A DNA stretch of 63,736 nt, filler included, from Octopus bimaculoides (Eukaryota), in the NCBI RefSeq assembly GCF_001194135.2. It is 8 parts of 8 records of this genome, joined end to end, with 100 filler letters (N's around TTAATTAATTAA, not from the genome) between each part and the next. Parts side by side here need not be neighbours in the genome. Positions count along the whole stretch, not along the records: positions 62,165 to 63,736 come from NC_069000.1; 7 more parts are not named here. One strand, 5' to 3'. The translations under genes were made by a program, and so were the position numbers. Positions 63,284 through 63,736 of the stretch are shown piece by piece. How positions within the stretch are numbered: the stretch's first letter is position 1; each line of letters begins with the position of its first letter. The notes beneath the pieces were generated by a model. It was not told where the DNA came from. It did not search any database and saw only the letters and a program-made list of their open reading frames with translations.

Positions 63284-63736
63284 ATGCGCACGTCGATAGC
63301 GTTGGCTATCGTAGATCGTTACAGACCTGACCATCCGAACGTTCCAGAGTGGACCTAGATGAGCGGCGACGGAAGGTTCAAGTCTTACTTGGATAGAATA
63401 GTGATAAGGACTGGAGATAAGTTTAATTTTAGCTGTCCACAGCTCGTTCAAGTAGCTTACACTGACCATAGAATGGTCAAGTGTACACTGGATGTTGATA
63501 GTACAGTTAAGAGAGGAACTGGCTACTGGAAGCTGAACAAGTCTATTTTGACTTGCGAGGCATACCGTAGCTGGATTAAGGGGTTAGTACAGAGGGCGTT
63601 AACCGGCGCTGTGGTTAACAACCGATGGTGGTTCGCCCTCAAGAGAGCCATTCGTTTTGAGTCTATTAGGTTTACCCGTCAGCTAAGACTAGATAAGGCC
63701 AGAATAGAAGGGCAACTAGTTAAGGACCTAGAGACG
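63284..63736 (+). mobile_element. L1/Tx1-clade LINE ORF2 fragment (endonuclease C-terminus and linker), continues beyond window
   Basis: IVDRYRPDHPNVPEWT*MSGDGRFKSYLDRIVI...YTDHRMV...GTGYWKLNKSIL...RWWFALKRAIR; one in-frame TAG where W is expected. Confidence 0.85.

Overview
AT-rich, microsatellite-dense eukaryotic DNA. The repeat content (tRNA-headed SINE families, RTE LINEs, Tc1/mariner remnants) is what I recognise from Octopus, so this is probably a coleoid cephalopod; I infer this from recalled repeat motifs, not a search. The window is a fragmented draft assembly with many N-gaps and seven 100-bp artificial linkers (44N-TTAATTAATTAA-44N), so contiguity across those points is not guaranteed. 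Nearly all ORFs in the track are artefacts of N-runs or microsatellites. No complete gene, rRNA, intact tRNA or CRISPR is visible. Supportable content: dozens of SINE copies from about five families (my labels A-F); decayed Tc1, mariner and maT (DD37D) transposons; RTE and Tx1/L1-like LINE fragments; a solo LTR; a piggyBac-like MITE; helentron-like elements; and a few candidate exons and promoters. The best exon candidate is a minus-strand first coding exon at 16035-16350. The most notable observations are a type I minimal hammerhead ribozyme motif of the Penelope type (43255-43342), a clean twin-priming 5' inversion in an RTE insertion with a 10-bp TSD (19129-19600), an old ~450-bp inverted duplication enclosing nested inverted SINEs (2039-5732), and a piggyBac-like MITE inserted at TTCA instead of TTAA. 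I did not find a convincing new multi-gene system.
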